Below, piece by piece: positions 1-11,620 of a stretch of DNA of 64,000 nt. The DNA comes from Eledone cirrhosa (lineage: Eukaryota). Each line of letters starts with the position of its first letter. Within the stretch, counting starts at the first letter, position 1. Location of the stretch: positions 81,654,001 through 81,718,000 of the forward strand of contig OZ024745.1 of NCBI GenBank assembly GCA_964016885.1, given 5' to 3'. The position numbers and the translations under genes are program-made. A model generated the notes under the pieces. The model worked only from the letters and a program-made list of their open reading frames with translations, was not told the origin of the DNA and ran no database searches.

Positions 1-480
<480 letters not shown>

Positions 481-1360
481 ATATTGTTATACTTTGGGAG
501 GGCCATGTTGCCAATAAGAAACACACGCACCAGTTGCTTTCACTTCAATTTATTATATATTTATAAATTTATAAATTTACAAATCTACAAACTTATAAAT
601 TTCTGGTTGGTTGGTTGGTTCCACAACCAGATAGTTGTTTATATATAGTCATAGTCCTTTCGTCACACACTCTGTGACCTCTTCAGTGACTGGGGATTCC
701 TTTCTTTGTTTCTGTGCCTTTCCTTTCTTCTGTCCTACGCCATTTTGTTTCTGTGTGTGTGTTGTGTGCTCAGTTTGCGCATGCGCCACATCCCGGTGTC
801 TGTGTGTGTTTGTGTTCATTTATCTATTTGTTTATTTATTTATTTATTTATTTACATGTTGTTGGTTGGTTGTTTGTTCTATGTGTGTGTGTGTGTTTTC
901 ATTTTGTCCTTAATTGTAAGTTGTGATGTTGCTGTTCCACTCATATTTTCTATTTAATTTTGGTTGTAATTCTTTTATGCTTACTGCCTCTGTAATTTGC
1001 CTAAACATTGCATCTTTTCTGTGTGTGGATTCTATTTTTATTTCTATGTTCTCTAATTTACCCTTGTGTTCTATCTTAGCATGTTGGTAGAGCACAGATG
1101 ATTCTTTATTATCTTGAAGGTCTCGCCAGTGTTCATTTATTCGTTCCCCTATACTACGAGCTGTCTCACCTATGTACACTATATTTTTGTTTCTACATTG
1201 TCCTTCAGTACATCTTATGCTATACACTACATTTCTAGTTTTACAGTTAATATGGGGGCTTATTTTACAGGTTATACATTTCTTATCTATACATGAGGTG
1301 AAAGCAACTGGTGCGTGTGTTTCTTATTGGCAACATGACCCTCCCAAAGTATAACAATAT
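481..1360 (-). mobile_element. 5'-truncated Penelope-like element (GIY-YIG end plus 3' pLTR) bounded by ~67-bp inverted repeats
   Basis: The minus frame at about 910-1290 reads CITCKISPHINCKTRNVVYSIRC...VYIGETARSIGERINEH...RQITEAVSIKELQPKLN, a Penelope-type GIY-YIG domain. 481-547 is the reverse complement of 1294-1360 with 2 mismatches. Confidence 0.9.
647..691 (-). ncRNA. Minimal type I hammerhead ribozyme in the Penelope 3' region
   Basis: Minus strand reads AGUCA CUGAAGA g GUCACA gagug UGUGAC GAAA GGAC UA UGACU: 5-bp stem I, 6-bp stem II, intact core, quasi-palindromic AGGACU stem III. Confidence 0.8.
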
Positions 1361-1800
1361 CGGTTTCAACACACGATTTCAGATAAAGAATCTTGCTAAA
1401 CAAATTCAGAAACGAAATACATATATATAGTTATATATATACATAAATGGAAAAAATGAAATTTCATTTCTCACTCTTAGTACGGCTGATACTTAAATAT
1501 AAGTATGTATACATACATACATATATGTATACAGACGTACAGTAGTATGTATATACATATATACATGCACACACATATATATATGTACATATGGGTTTAC
1601 CGAACATTTATTATAATTTTCGGTTTGTTTGTAAACAAACAGCTCAAATTATTAGCCGTAGTGTTCGGCAACCATCGTTGCCATTTTATTCAACACTGAC
1701 AAAGGAACGATGAACTAGTTTCTAGCTTATTAGCTGTCGTCAGCACCATATACCTTCCTGTCAGATGATTGAACGTTTGAAAGTATATACTTTCCTTATG
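1361..1800 (-). mobile_element. Diverged copy of the ~465-bp hammerhead-bearing non-coding unit
   Basis: Collinear blocks shared with 58913-59496 by eye: cggtttcaac/cggttcaac, tcactcttagtacggctgatacttaaa/tcacttttgtatgactgacgcttaaa, gtaaacaaacag/gtaaacacacag, gacaaaggaa/gacaaggaa, then the hammerhead. Confidence 0.7.
1708..1748 (-). ncRNA. Minimal type I hammerhead ribozyme
   Basis: Minus strand reads UGGUG CUGACGA C AGCU aaua AGCU A GAAA CUAG UU CAUCG. Stem I has G-U pairs, stem III is the palindrome ACUAGU, and the triplet is GUU. Confidence 0.8.
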
Positions 1801-1807
1801 CATATTA

Positions 1808-2030
1808 ACGTTTTACGTCCGTTCTTCCACGCTAGCATGGGTTAGACGGGTTGTCCTGTTGTGGGCAGTGTCGGGTCGGCTGACCTTGTCTTGCTCATCC
1901 GGGAACTGATTCTGGCTTGATTTTTACAGCTGGATGCCCTTCCTAACACCAACCTCATTTACAGTGAGTGCTGGGTGCTTTTTTTGCCGTGGCACCTCCA
2001 CGACCACTTTGCAGTGGGAGGGGGTGGGGT
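1808..2030 (-). mobile_element. RTE LINE 3' UTR fragment
   Basis: Near-identical to the 3' UTRs at 5520-5790 and 16368-16620. Confidence 0.85.
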
Positions 2031-2046
2031 ATATATATATATATAT

Positions 2047-2385
2047 ATTGCAAGGCCAATGGTTAGAGCATTGGCCTTGCAATCGAAAGGTTGTGAGTTC
2101 AATTCTAAGACCTGGTCATGTGTTGTTTCCTTGAGCAAGACACTTTATTTCACATTGCTCCAGTTTACTCAGCTGTAGAAATGAGATGATAGGGACTGGG
2201 GTCCATATCATTCCACTGCAAAGTGGTCGTGGAGGTGCCACGGCAAAAAAGCACCCAGCACTCACTGTAAATGAGGTTGGTGTTAGGAAGGGCATCCAGC
2301 TGTAGAAATCAAGCCAGAATCAGTTCCCGTCCCACCCTTGCAAGCAGGGAAAAAGCGGACGTAAAATGAAATGATGATGAAATGA
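2047..2385 (+). mobile_element. tRNA-derived SINE with RTE-type 3' tail
   Basis: Head GGTTAGAGC...GAGTTCAATTC (B box), body CCTTGAGCAAGACACTT, RTE-like tail ending in (ATG)n. It is the reverse complement of the copy at 22508-22848. Confidence 0.85.
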
Positions 2386-2389
2386 TATA

Positions 2390-3798
2390 TCATCATCATC
2401 ATCATCATCATCATCAACGTTTAACGTCCGTGTTCCACGCTTGCATGGGTTTGGACGGGGGTAGTCCCACTTGAGGCAAGAGTGATTGTCTTGCTCGCAT
2501 AGGACTGTCTGGCAGGTTTTCTACAGTTGGATGCCCTTCCTAACACCAACCACATTTACAGTGTGGGTCTGGGAGGTTTTTACCGTGTTGCCTACACGGC
2601 CACATTACAGCGTGGACTGTGTGTTTTTTTGTCGTGACACCTACACGATCTCATTTGTTTCGGCCTGGATGGCGCGGCACCAACATAACTTTACATAGAA
2701 CGGGGTGGTGTGGATGGGGTGGGGGTGGTGGCGGGACGGGGTGTATTTTGTTAGAGATGCCTACTGGCAAGGCGGGTCTTCTCTGTTACTGAGTACCGCC
2801 AAAGGTCACGGTCCAGTGACATTGTCTTGGAGAGGTGTAAGTGTGTGAGGTCGGAGTTTATCAGCTCATCCCATGTTTTTCTAGGTCTGCCTATTCCGTG
2901 GCTACCGTCTATCTTTATTGCCCTGCACTTTGTAATACAGCTATCGACTTTCATGCGCATCACGTGTCCATACCAACGCAGCCTTCTCTCGAGTAAACAA
3001 CATCTGATCCCTCTTATCTCTAATTTTTTCCTTAGTTCGTTTATGCTTTGCCGTTCACGTATATTACTGTTACACATCCAGCGGAGCATGCAAGCTTCGT
3101 TCCTCTCTAGTCTGCGTATATCCTCTGCACACAATGCCCAGGTCTCACTACCATGCAACATTGCTGTTCGTATGCAGGCATCGTACAACCTGCCTTTCAT
3201 TTTTAGGGAGAACCCTTTAGCAGCTAATAGTGGTATAAGCTCTCTGAACTTTTTCCAACCAGTTCTGACTCTAGCTACAGTACTTTCAGAGCACCCTCAC
3301 CCACTGCTGATTTTATCGCCCAGGTAACGGAAGCTGTCCACTATTTCTATAGAACCCTCTGCACAATTGAAAGAGCTAGTATTTTGTGGGCACTTGCTGC
3401 TACTTATTGCACCAGAACACCGGCCACATGTAAAGTCTATGTTCTTAGTTAGCTTACCTGTGATCCCACTACATCTTTTATGCACCCATACTTTGCATTT
3501 AGGACATAAGATGGAGTTTCTACCTACGCCTTTCCTACATACCGAGCACGACCATTTCCCAGAAGGGACCGCCGCCTTGTTTTCTTTCCTACAAACTAGA
3601 ACTTTGGTCTTAGCCAGGTTAATTTTAAGTCCTTTTGACTCTAGGCCGTGCTTCCATGTTTGGAATTTCTTCTCTAGCTCGGCCATTGATTCCGCTATGA
3701 GTGTCAGGTCGTCTGCGTATAGGAGTTCCCATGGGCAGCCTGTCTTGAACTCCTCTGTTATAGCCTGAAGGGCAATAATAAATAGTAGGGGGCTGAGA
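2390..3798 (-). mobile_element. 5'-truncated RTE-clade LINE (RT C-terminus, Cys-rich insert, 3' UTR, (ATG)n tail)
   Basis: ORFs with LLYADDL, CSVCRKGVGRNSILCPKC and RLRWYGHVMR; frameshifted. Confidence 0.92.
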
Positions 3799-4670
3799 AT
3801 ATGATGATAATGATGATGATATATATATATCATTAGAATGTTGAATGGAATGCTTTGTGGTATTTATTCCAGCTTTCCAGCTCTCTGTGCATAAATTTCG
3901 CCAAGATCAATATTGCTTTACATCCTTCCAAGTTCAATAATAATAATAATAAAAAAAAAAAGGACTACTCTAGTACTTGAGCTTATTCTTCCTCTATCCT
4001 TCTCACTTTCTCTCTTTCTCTGGAAGAAATCAGGTGTTCAGAGCTGGAGAGGAGATGGGCTCTGCCAGGTTTAAAAATGCCCAACAAATGTTGTATGCCA
4101 CTAAGGTGCCTCTATGACTCTGCCAAAAGTTACAGGTAAAGAAAGAAAAACTATCTACAATAAGATATCACTTATCCAATCAAGAAATTACATACCTGCT
4201 GTCTCTTAAACACACACACACACACACGTGTATTTATTAGCTTTAGAAGTAAGATAAAACTTGACTGGCACAAAGTAAATGACAAGAATTTATAGTTCAC
4301 TTAACAAATTGTGAAATAATATTTTGCCTATGGAATGCTAAACAGCTACTATATGAAATGGTGGCAGTAAGGACTCAAATATGGAGATGAAAGAAATAGA
4401 TGCAGCTAAAAGTAGGAGTGCTAACAGAAAATGGTAGCTATGGTTATCAGCAACAAATGCAGCTATGCTGTAACTCTATACGTAATACTTTGATGTAATT
4501 ACGAGTCTCAAGTCATTGACTAGAACATTTTCTTTGTTTCTATAACTTCGCTCTCCTTCTTTTCAATCATGAGATATTTGCATGAATTGAATTTGAAATT
4601 AAAAAAATATATACTTGAAATTTTAACAAGAACTTGGATCAAGATAAGGTAAAATAAAGCAAATATTTAA

Positions 4671-4878
4671 CCCTTTAGCATTTACATTACTCTATATATA
4701 CTATTGTATTTTTGTGGTAAAGGCTGTATCTTACATAATATCGAACCTAGGAGATTTTGATTTTATTTATTTTGAGAACAATACCTCAACGTCAGTATGA
4801 ACAGCCAATTACGGACAGCTGAAACAAAAAGAGGCGAGAGAAATCTGGCCAGATATAGCTGGCTTAAATGCTAAAGGG
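4671..4878. mobile_element. piggyBac-type MITE
   Basis: TTAA|CCCTTTAGCATTTA ... TAAATGCTAAAGGG|TTAA: terminal inverted repeats and TTAA target duplication. A second copy lies at 27348-27566. Confidence 0.85.
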
Positions 4879-5204
4879 TTAAAATGAATTTTGATAAGAG
4901 ATATAAATTTTGGGTTAAAAAAATGTTTGATGTTAGAATTTGACCCTCTTCGTCCAAGTGGTCTGAAATAATAAAAATATATATGCATGCATAGCTGTGT
5001 AGTTAAGAAGTGCACTTTGTCACCACGTGGTTTTAGGTTCAGCTCCACAATATGGCACCTTGGGCAAGTGACTTCTACTGCAGCCTGAGGCCACTCAACG
5101 TCATGTGATTTAACTTGGTAGATGGAAATTTTAAAGAGGACTATTGCTTATATATAATGTTAATTCTATCAGACCTTGGATATATTATTTATTATTATAT
5201 ATTC

Positions 5205-5305
5205 GAGGTTAACTTTACCTTTCATCCTAACAGGGTCGATAAAATAAAGTACCAGTAATGTACTGGATAATTCCTGGCCTTGTGCCAAAAGTAGAAACAA
5301 TTATT
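5205..5305 (+). mobile_element. 3' part of a Meta/Sauria-core-like SINE
   Basis: CTTTCATCCT...GGGTCGATAAAATAAAGTACCAG block, same family as 20170-20375. Confidence 0.7.
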
Positions 5306-5511
5306 AATATTCTGTGACCTTATACTCGTTCAATATTTTAGATTATTTTACCCATGGATGAATTGGTTCATTCCATTTGTGGAATGTAGACAAATATTAA
5401 AATTGAAATCTTCTTAGCATATCTCAACCAACTTTGATCGATCTAATTATTACTGTTTATATATATATATGCACGGATGTATGTATACACCTAAATGTAT
5501 ATACACACACA

Positions 5512-8048
5512 CATCATCACCGTTTTACGTCCGTTCTTCCACGCTAGCATGGGTTAGACGGGTTGTCCTGTTGTGGGCAGTGTCTGGTCGGCTGACCATG
5601 CCTTGCTCATACAGGAACTGATTTGGCTTGATTTCTACAGCTGGATGCCCTTCCTAACACCAACCTCATTTACAGTGAATGCTGGGTGCTTTTTCGTGGC
5701 GCCTACACGTCCACTTTACAGTGTGGGCTGGGTGCTTTTTTGCCGTGGCACCTCCACGACCAACTTGCGGTGGGGGGTGTGGGGGCATATTGTCTATATG
5801 CTTCAGCTTGTACCCATGGGAGGTCGAGTACTCTGTATTACTGCGTGACACCAGAGGTCAAGGTCGTGTGACATCGTCTTTGAGAGGTGTATTGGGTAAG
5901 GTCGGCTTTTATCACCTCATCTCAGGTCATCTTGGGTCTCCCCACTCCGTGGTTTCCATCGACTTCTAGTGCTCTGCACCTTTTTATGCAGCTGTCATGC
6001 TTCATACGCATCACATGTCCATACCAGCGCAACCGCCTCTCCTGCACACAGCATTTGATTCCTCTTATGCTCAGTCTCTCTCTCAATTCATTTATGCTTT
6101 GTCGTTCGCGTATATTACTGTTACACATCCATCGCAGCATGTAGGCTTCGTTTCTCTCTAATCTACGTAAGTCTTCCACCTTCAGCGCCCAGGTCTCACT
6201 ACCATGCAACATCGCTGTTCGGATACATGCATCATACAGTCTGCCTTTCATTTTGAGGGAGAAGCCTTTTGCAGCTAGCAGTAGTAGTAGTTCCCTAAAC
6301 TTCTTCCATCCCGTTCTTACCCTAGTTATTGTACTTTCTGAACACCCACCCCCGCTGCTAATTCGGTCACCTAGGTAGCAGAAGCTGTCTACTGTTTCTA
6401 CAGAGCCCTCCCAGAGATTGGTGGTACTTGTTTCCTGTGGCTGTTTGCTGCTTGCTGTCCCAGCACAGCTGCTGCATGTGAAGCCTACATTCTTAATTAA
6501 GCTTCCTGAGATCCCGCTACATCTCTTGTGTACCCATTGTTTGCATTTGGGGCAGAGAATGGAGTTCCTACCTACACCTTTCCTACATACTGAGCAAGGC
6601 CATTTCCCTGAGGGGATCTGGGTTCTGTTTTCTCGTCTACTTACAAGGACCTTAGTCTTTGTCATGTTGACTTTGAGACCTTTTCTTTCTAGACCCTGCT
6701 TCCAAGTTTGGAATTTCTTCTCTAGTTCTACCATAGATTCAGCAATAAGTGCGAGGTCATCAGCATACAGGAGTTCCCATGGGCATCCGGTCTTAAACTC
6801 CTCCGTTATTGCCTGAAAAACTATGATGAACAGGAGAGGGCTAAGAACAGAGCCCTGGTGGACCCCAACCTGTACGCTAAATTCCTCGCTATACTCATTG
6901 CTAATCCTAACTTTGCTGACTGCTCCCCTATACATGGCTTGTACCGCTTTCACAAGCCATTCATCTACTCCTAGTTTTCTAAGAGCCCACCAGATTACAG
7001 CACGTGGAACTCTGTCAAAGGCTTTTTCAAGGTCGACAAATGCCAGGTAGAGTGGCTTACTTTTAGCTAGGTACTTTTCCTGTAACTGCCTCACAAGGAA
7101 GAGGGCATCAGTGGTGCCTCTTCCTGGTACAAACCCAAATTGCATCTCGTCTAGTTTCACCCGGTCCCTAATCAACTGTGCTATAACTCTTTCTGTTACT
7201 TTCATGACCTGGTCCATCAGCTTTATACCTCTATAGTTTCCTCTATCTAGTGCATCACCTTTACCTTTGTAGCAGTTGACAATGATGCTACTGCACCAAT
7301 ATTTTGGTATGACACCTTCTAGTATTACCTGGTTAACAATACATGTGGTTATAGTGTGACCTACAGACCCAGATGCCTTCAGCATCTCGGCAGCTATACC
7401 CGATGGACCGGTTGCCATCCCCATCTTCATATCTTTGATTGCCTTACTTACTACGTTGCTGCTGACTTGTACTGCTGGCCCCTCTATAGGGTCTACTTGG
7501 GGTAGGGTCTCTTCTTCCCATGCATTCTCCTCATTTAGTAATCTATCATAATGACTCTTCCATGCATCTTTCTTCTCAGCACTTGTGAGGGCAAGCTCAC
7601 CTTTATCATTCCGGATACACTTCTCTCCAATGACATCACAATTCTCTCTGACACACTGCCTCGCAATCTTGAACACCTCCTGTTTCTGGTCCTCGCGTTG
7701 CAAAACATGCTTGAATTTTCTATCCTCTGCTTCCCTCCTAGCTAAGTATACTTGTCGCCTAGCTTCCCTCTTGGTCTCTATGTAATGTACCCTGCTCCCC
7801 CCGTTCTTCCATTCTTTCCATGCTTGTCTCTTGGCCTTAACTGCCTCATCTACCTTATTGTTCCACCACCAAGTCACTCTCCTCCTGCTTGAGGTCTTAC
7901 TTCAGCCACAGACCTCATCCGTCGCCTCTAGTAAGTTATTTTTTAGGAACTCCCAGTTCTCTTCTACATTGAATGTCTCTATCTGTTCTTCTTTACTGTC
8001 GTAGGCATTGAGTAAAATATCTTTAAATCTGTTACTGGTTGAGGGGTC
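5512..8048 (-). mobile_element. 5'-truncated RTE-clade LINE with a 651-aa open RT frame
   Basis: ORF 5922-7877 has NYRGIKL, QFGFVPGRGTTDA, FVDLEKAFDRV, GVHQGSVLSPLLF and YADD. The 3' UTR ends at a CAT repeat and the 5' end abuts (TA)n. Confidence 0.95.
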
Positions 8049-8195
8049 ATATATATATATACACACAAATATATATACACATACATATATATATGCACAT
8101 ACATATATATACACACATATATATATATATGCATACATCTATATCTATATATATATATATAAATTGGAAAATGTGTGAAATCCTTGGTAGTTAGG

Positions 8196-8635
8196 TATAT
8201 TTGAAATAAGGAAAAGAATGACTTCACTTGTAGTTCTAAACAATTTGATTTAATTTTATAATATAATATTATGAGTTAGTAGATCTAGTAAGTTCTTTGT
8301 TAACTTCGGTGGGAAGATCTTTAAAGATTCCTGGTTAACTTTCCAGGAGAACTTTCTCGCATTCATCGATGGCGATTGACAAACTGAGATCAAGTTGTGT
8401 TGTGATGTGTGACTTTATAAAAGAGATTTGGATGTGTCTGGGATCACAACACAACCTGATCTCGGTTTGACAATCGCCACCGACGAATGTGAGAAAGTTC
8501 TCCAGGAATCTTTAAAAATCTTCCCACCGAAGTTAACAAAGAACTTACTAGATCTACCAACTCATAATATTATAAAATTAAATCAAACTCAAGAACTACA
8601 AATGAAGTCATTCTTTTACTTTTTTTCAAATATAT
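8196..8635. repeat. Long inverted repeat (arms ~8196-8406 and ~8443-8635, 36-bp spacer)
   Basis: For example gtagatctagtaagttctttgttaacttcggtgggaagat is mirrored by atcttcccaccgaagttaacaaagaacttactagatctac. Confidence 0.9.
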
Positions 8636-8924
8636 ATTGTCCCACCCTTGCAAGCAGGGAAAAGCGGACGTATGATGATGATGATGATGATGATATATAT
8701 ATATATATATATATTAAAAATTAGGATTGGTGCTCTGAAATAGCGATGTATACATGAATGTATGTATAGTATATTTTGCAATATACCGTATGTTTAATTA
8801 AAAACATTTTGAAGACCTTGCGCTATCATTTTTGAAGTCGTGACTATGTCACTTCTTTTTTGTCTGCATAAGGTATACCATAGATGACTTCTCTCAAAGA
8901 CCTGTAGAAACTTAGTTTTTCATC

Positions 8925-9808
8925 ATCACCAGAGTCACAAAGCGCTTTTGAATCAGAGGGACTCTCATGGACATTATCCGATCATTGAATCCACAAGGAA
9001 GATTTTCTAGCTTTGAGACGATTTCATTCCTGACTGCAAATGCGACCCCTGCCTCTCTCCTACAACCCTCTGCTCCACCACTCCAATAGTAGGTATATCC
9101 TCCCTTCTGTTCTGTGAATTGACCCTCACCTGCCAATCTCGTTTCTGAAAGAGCAACAATGTCCATGCTATAGCGATCGAGTTCCCTCGACACCAAAGCA
9201 GATCTTCTTTCAGGGCGAGTTTAACTGGACTGGGAATCCAGTAAAGTTCTTACATTCCAACATCCAATATTCAGAGGTTTAAACCTCCTTGCAGTTGTAG
9301 GATGACAACCGGGCCCATGCTGCGGTGCCATGGGATGCCTGCCGGGCCAGACCCCTTCACAATAAGTTCCAGAGCCCTTACTGCCATTGACTTCTGTCAT
9401 CATAGAGTTTGGTGCACTTTTAGGCTACGGCTAGCCACACGAACCTGTAACAGATCCTGAACAAGTGATACCTGTGCTTTAAAGGTTTTTTAAGTGGGGA
9501 AAGGCCTTGCACGCGACCAATCCCACTCTCTGAGCATCGAAAACACTACCCGAAAAGGAGAACTGGTCAACATCATTGGATGCTTCCAAAGCCGCAGGTT
9601 TCCCTCTCCTAGAAAGGTGTTGTGACAACAACAGGGGGCCCATCATTCCCAGGTGAAAAAAAAAAAAGTCCTATTTGGATGTCCGTTGACTCTACTGAGT
9701 TCCTCCGCCCTTTGCCAGGTTTTGTATTTCATCCCGCAGGGTGTACAAATATCACGACCCGACCATGAGACAGGTAGTACCAGTAGCACTCGAGAGCAAC
9801 CTGACACA
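8925..9808 (-). mobile_element. 5' portion (5' UTR plus AP-endonuclease start) of a second, BovB-like RTE family; degenerate
   Basis: PLNIGCWNVRTL...RELDRYSMDIVALSETRLAGEGQ...YTYYWSG...GVAFAV. The upstream UTR matches 38946-39360. Confidence 0.85.
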
Positions 9809-10479
9809 ATATATACATATATGTATTTGTGTAGGTGTGTGTAGGCATACAGGTATGTCTATATTCACACACACACACATGTGAGCATGGTTAACCTTAT
9901 ATGTATGTATGTACACATACAAGCACACACACACAAGTGGTGGCGATCCTTAGATGGTACAGAGAAAGGAAAGCAGTGGCATATGTATGTTGCCACATCC
10001 CATGTCCCTAAGAAATACTGCACGTTTGAGGTTTTGAAAGTATAACTGCAAACCTCTGAACTCACCAGGATAAAGCCACAGTATATGTGGAGGAGGATTG
10101 CGGGAGCATGAGGTGGTGGTGATTTGACAGAACATATGTTGGGAAGCATTTTCATCCGATGGTGACCTAACTTCAGCAATAGGTCTCATGTGAACACAGT
10201 ACCACTTGCACCCTCTAAGTGTAGAGTATTAGTGGTGTGCAATATGTGGGATGCTTGGTAAATGGTAGCCAGCTAAAAGTGTAAGCATAATTATACATAA
10301 GAACATGCATATGCACACACATACATGCATACACATACAAGCATCTAAAGGTCTGTGGGGAGCAAAGGTAGAGGAAGTGGTATAGACAGTATTTAGTGGT
10401 CATGGGAAATGTATGTGTATATGAAGTAAAAGTGTGCGTATGTATAAGAAAAAGGGTCATGTACTAAAGCCATTGGTGG

Positions 10480-11620
10480 CAAATGTTTGGAGAGAAAAGA
10501 TGAGATAATGTTCTCTCAGGAGGCACATTGTCCAAGGTGAAGTGCAGGAAATAAGGCTTAAAATAGTGAGGTGATGGGTGGAATGACTGGTTGCTGAGCA
10601 GGATATCCTGGGGATGCTCAGAAAATCTGTTTGAAAGTTAACTGCCAGTTTGGCTGATGTAGACAGGCAATCTCGCAAAGCACACATCAGAACTCATAGA
10701 TAAGCATCGTAGAAGTGGCCGCTGCATCTAGTAATGATATTGGTGATGAAACAGCATGCATGGCTAGGGAGTCAGAATTGGATCAATGGAAGCAGTTAGG
10801 GAGGGGAAGGGAAATTTGCTTGAAGAGATTCCTAATGTTTTGTGTATGCTTAAAGGGAGAGGTGAAATGGGGAAGATGGAGGATTGTCCTTTGGAAAAGC
10901 AAAGCGGTGGGATTGTAGGTGAGAGGGAAGGGTAGTCAGTTGGTAGTGGTGGTGCAGGGAGCAGTAGCATGATGTGAGGGCAATGGGACATGGGCCAAGC
11001 TAGGTGTGTATCGGCACCAAATGAATAATCTAGTCATGTACTGAGCCAGAGCCTAAAAATCATGGTTTTGGCTAAACACATGGCAGAGATGGATGAATTT
11101 GAAGTAATGGGAGTGAAAGTCAGTGAAGAAGGCATGAGTGGGATGGGAGTGAAGAAGACACAGATGATGAGGGAGCGATGGGAGTTGTATATGGGAATGA
11201 AGATGTCAAAGAAGTTGACAGAAATGGTAGAGATAAAGGAGGAGAAGTAGAAGGTGGGTGGAAGGAGCAGAAGGAAGAAGGGAGTCAAGCTGTGCCTGAG
11301 TGAGTGAGGTGGTGCTGATACTGCAGTCGATGTAGTGTCACTTAGAGGCCTCAACATAGTCAACAAATAAGTTGGCAAAGTTGGAGCCTATTCTTGTGCC
11401 CATGGCCACTCCAGGTAAAACTCACCCAAGAAGGAAAACAGGTAAGGGTGAGTTCAGCAAGTGGAAGGTTGAGGGAAGGGGCAAAAGTCAAGGAAGTGTT
11501 GGAGGGCCCAGAAGCCTTTGTACTGAGGAATGATGGTGTAGAGCAACTTGATGTCTAGTGTGAAAAAGAGGGGGTAGAGCCAGGTCAAAGAAGTGGTGGT
11601 CATGGTTGGCAAGTCAGCAT
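10480..11620 (-). mobile_element. Degenerate Penelope-like reverse transcriptase fragment
   Basis: Minus translations LFFTLDIKLLYTIIPQ (~11520-11575) and GVAMGTRIGSNFANLFVDYV (~11352-11412) match PLE RT motifs. Confidence 0.7.

Noticed and set aside
8470-8505. CCGACGA...GAAA hammerhead-like string in the foldback
   Set aside because: Core mismatch and no stem II.
10140-10185. Possible hammerhead downstream of the Penelope RT remnant (CUGAAGU...GAAA, minus strand)
   Set aside because: The core is mutated and neither stem I nor stem II pairs convincingly; at best a decayed relic.
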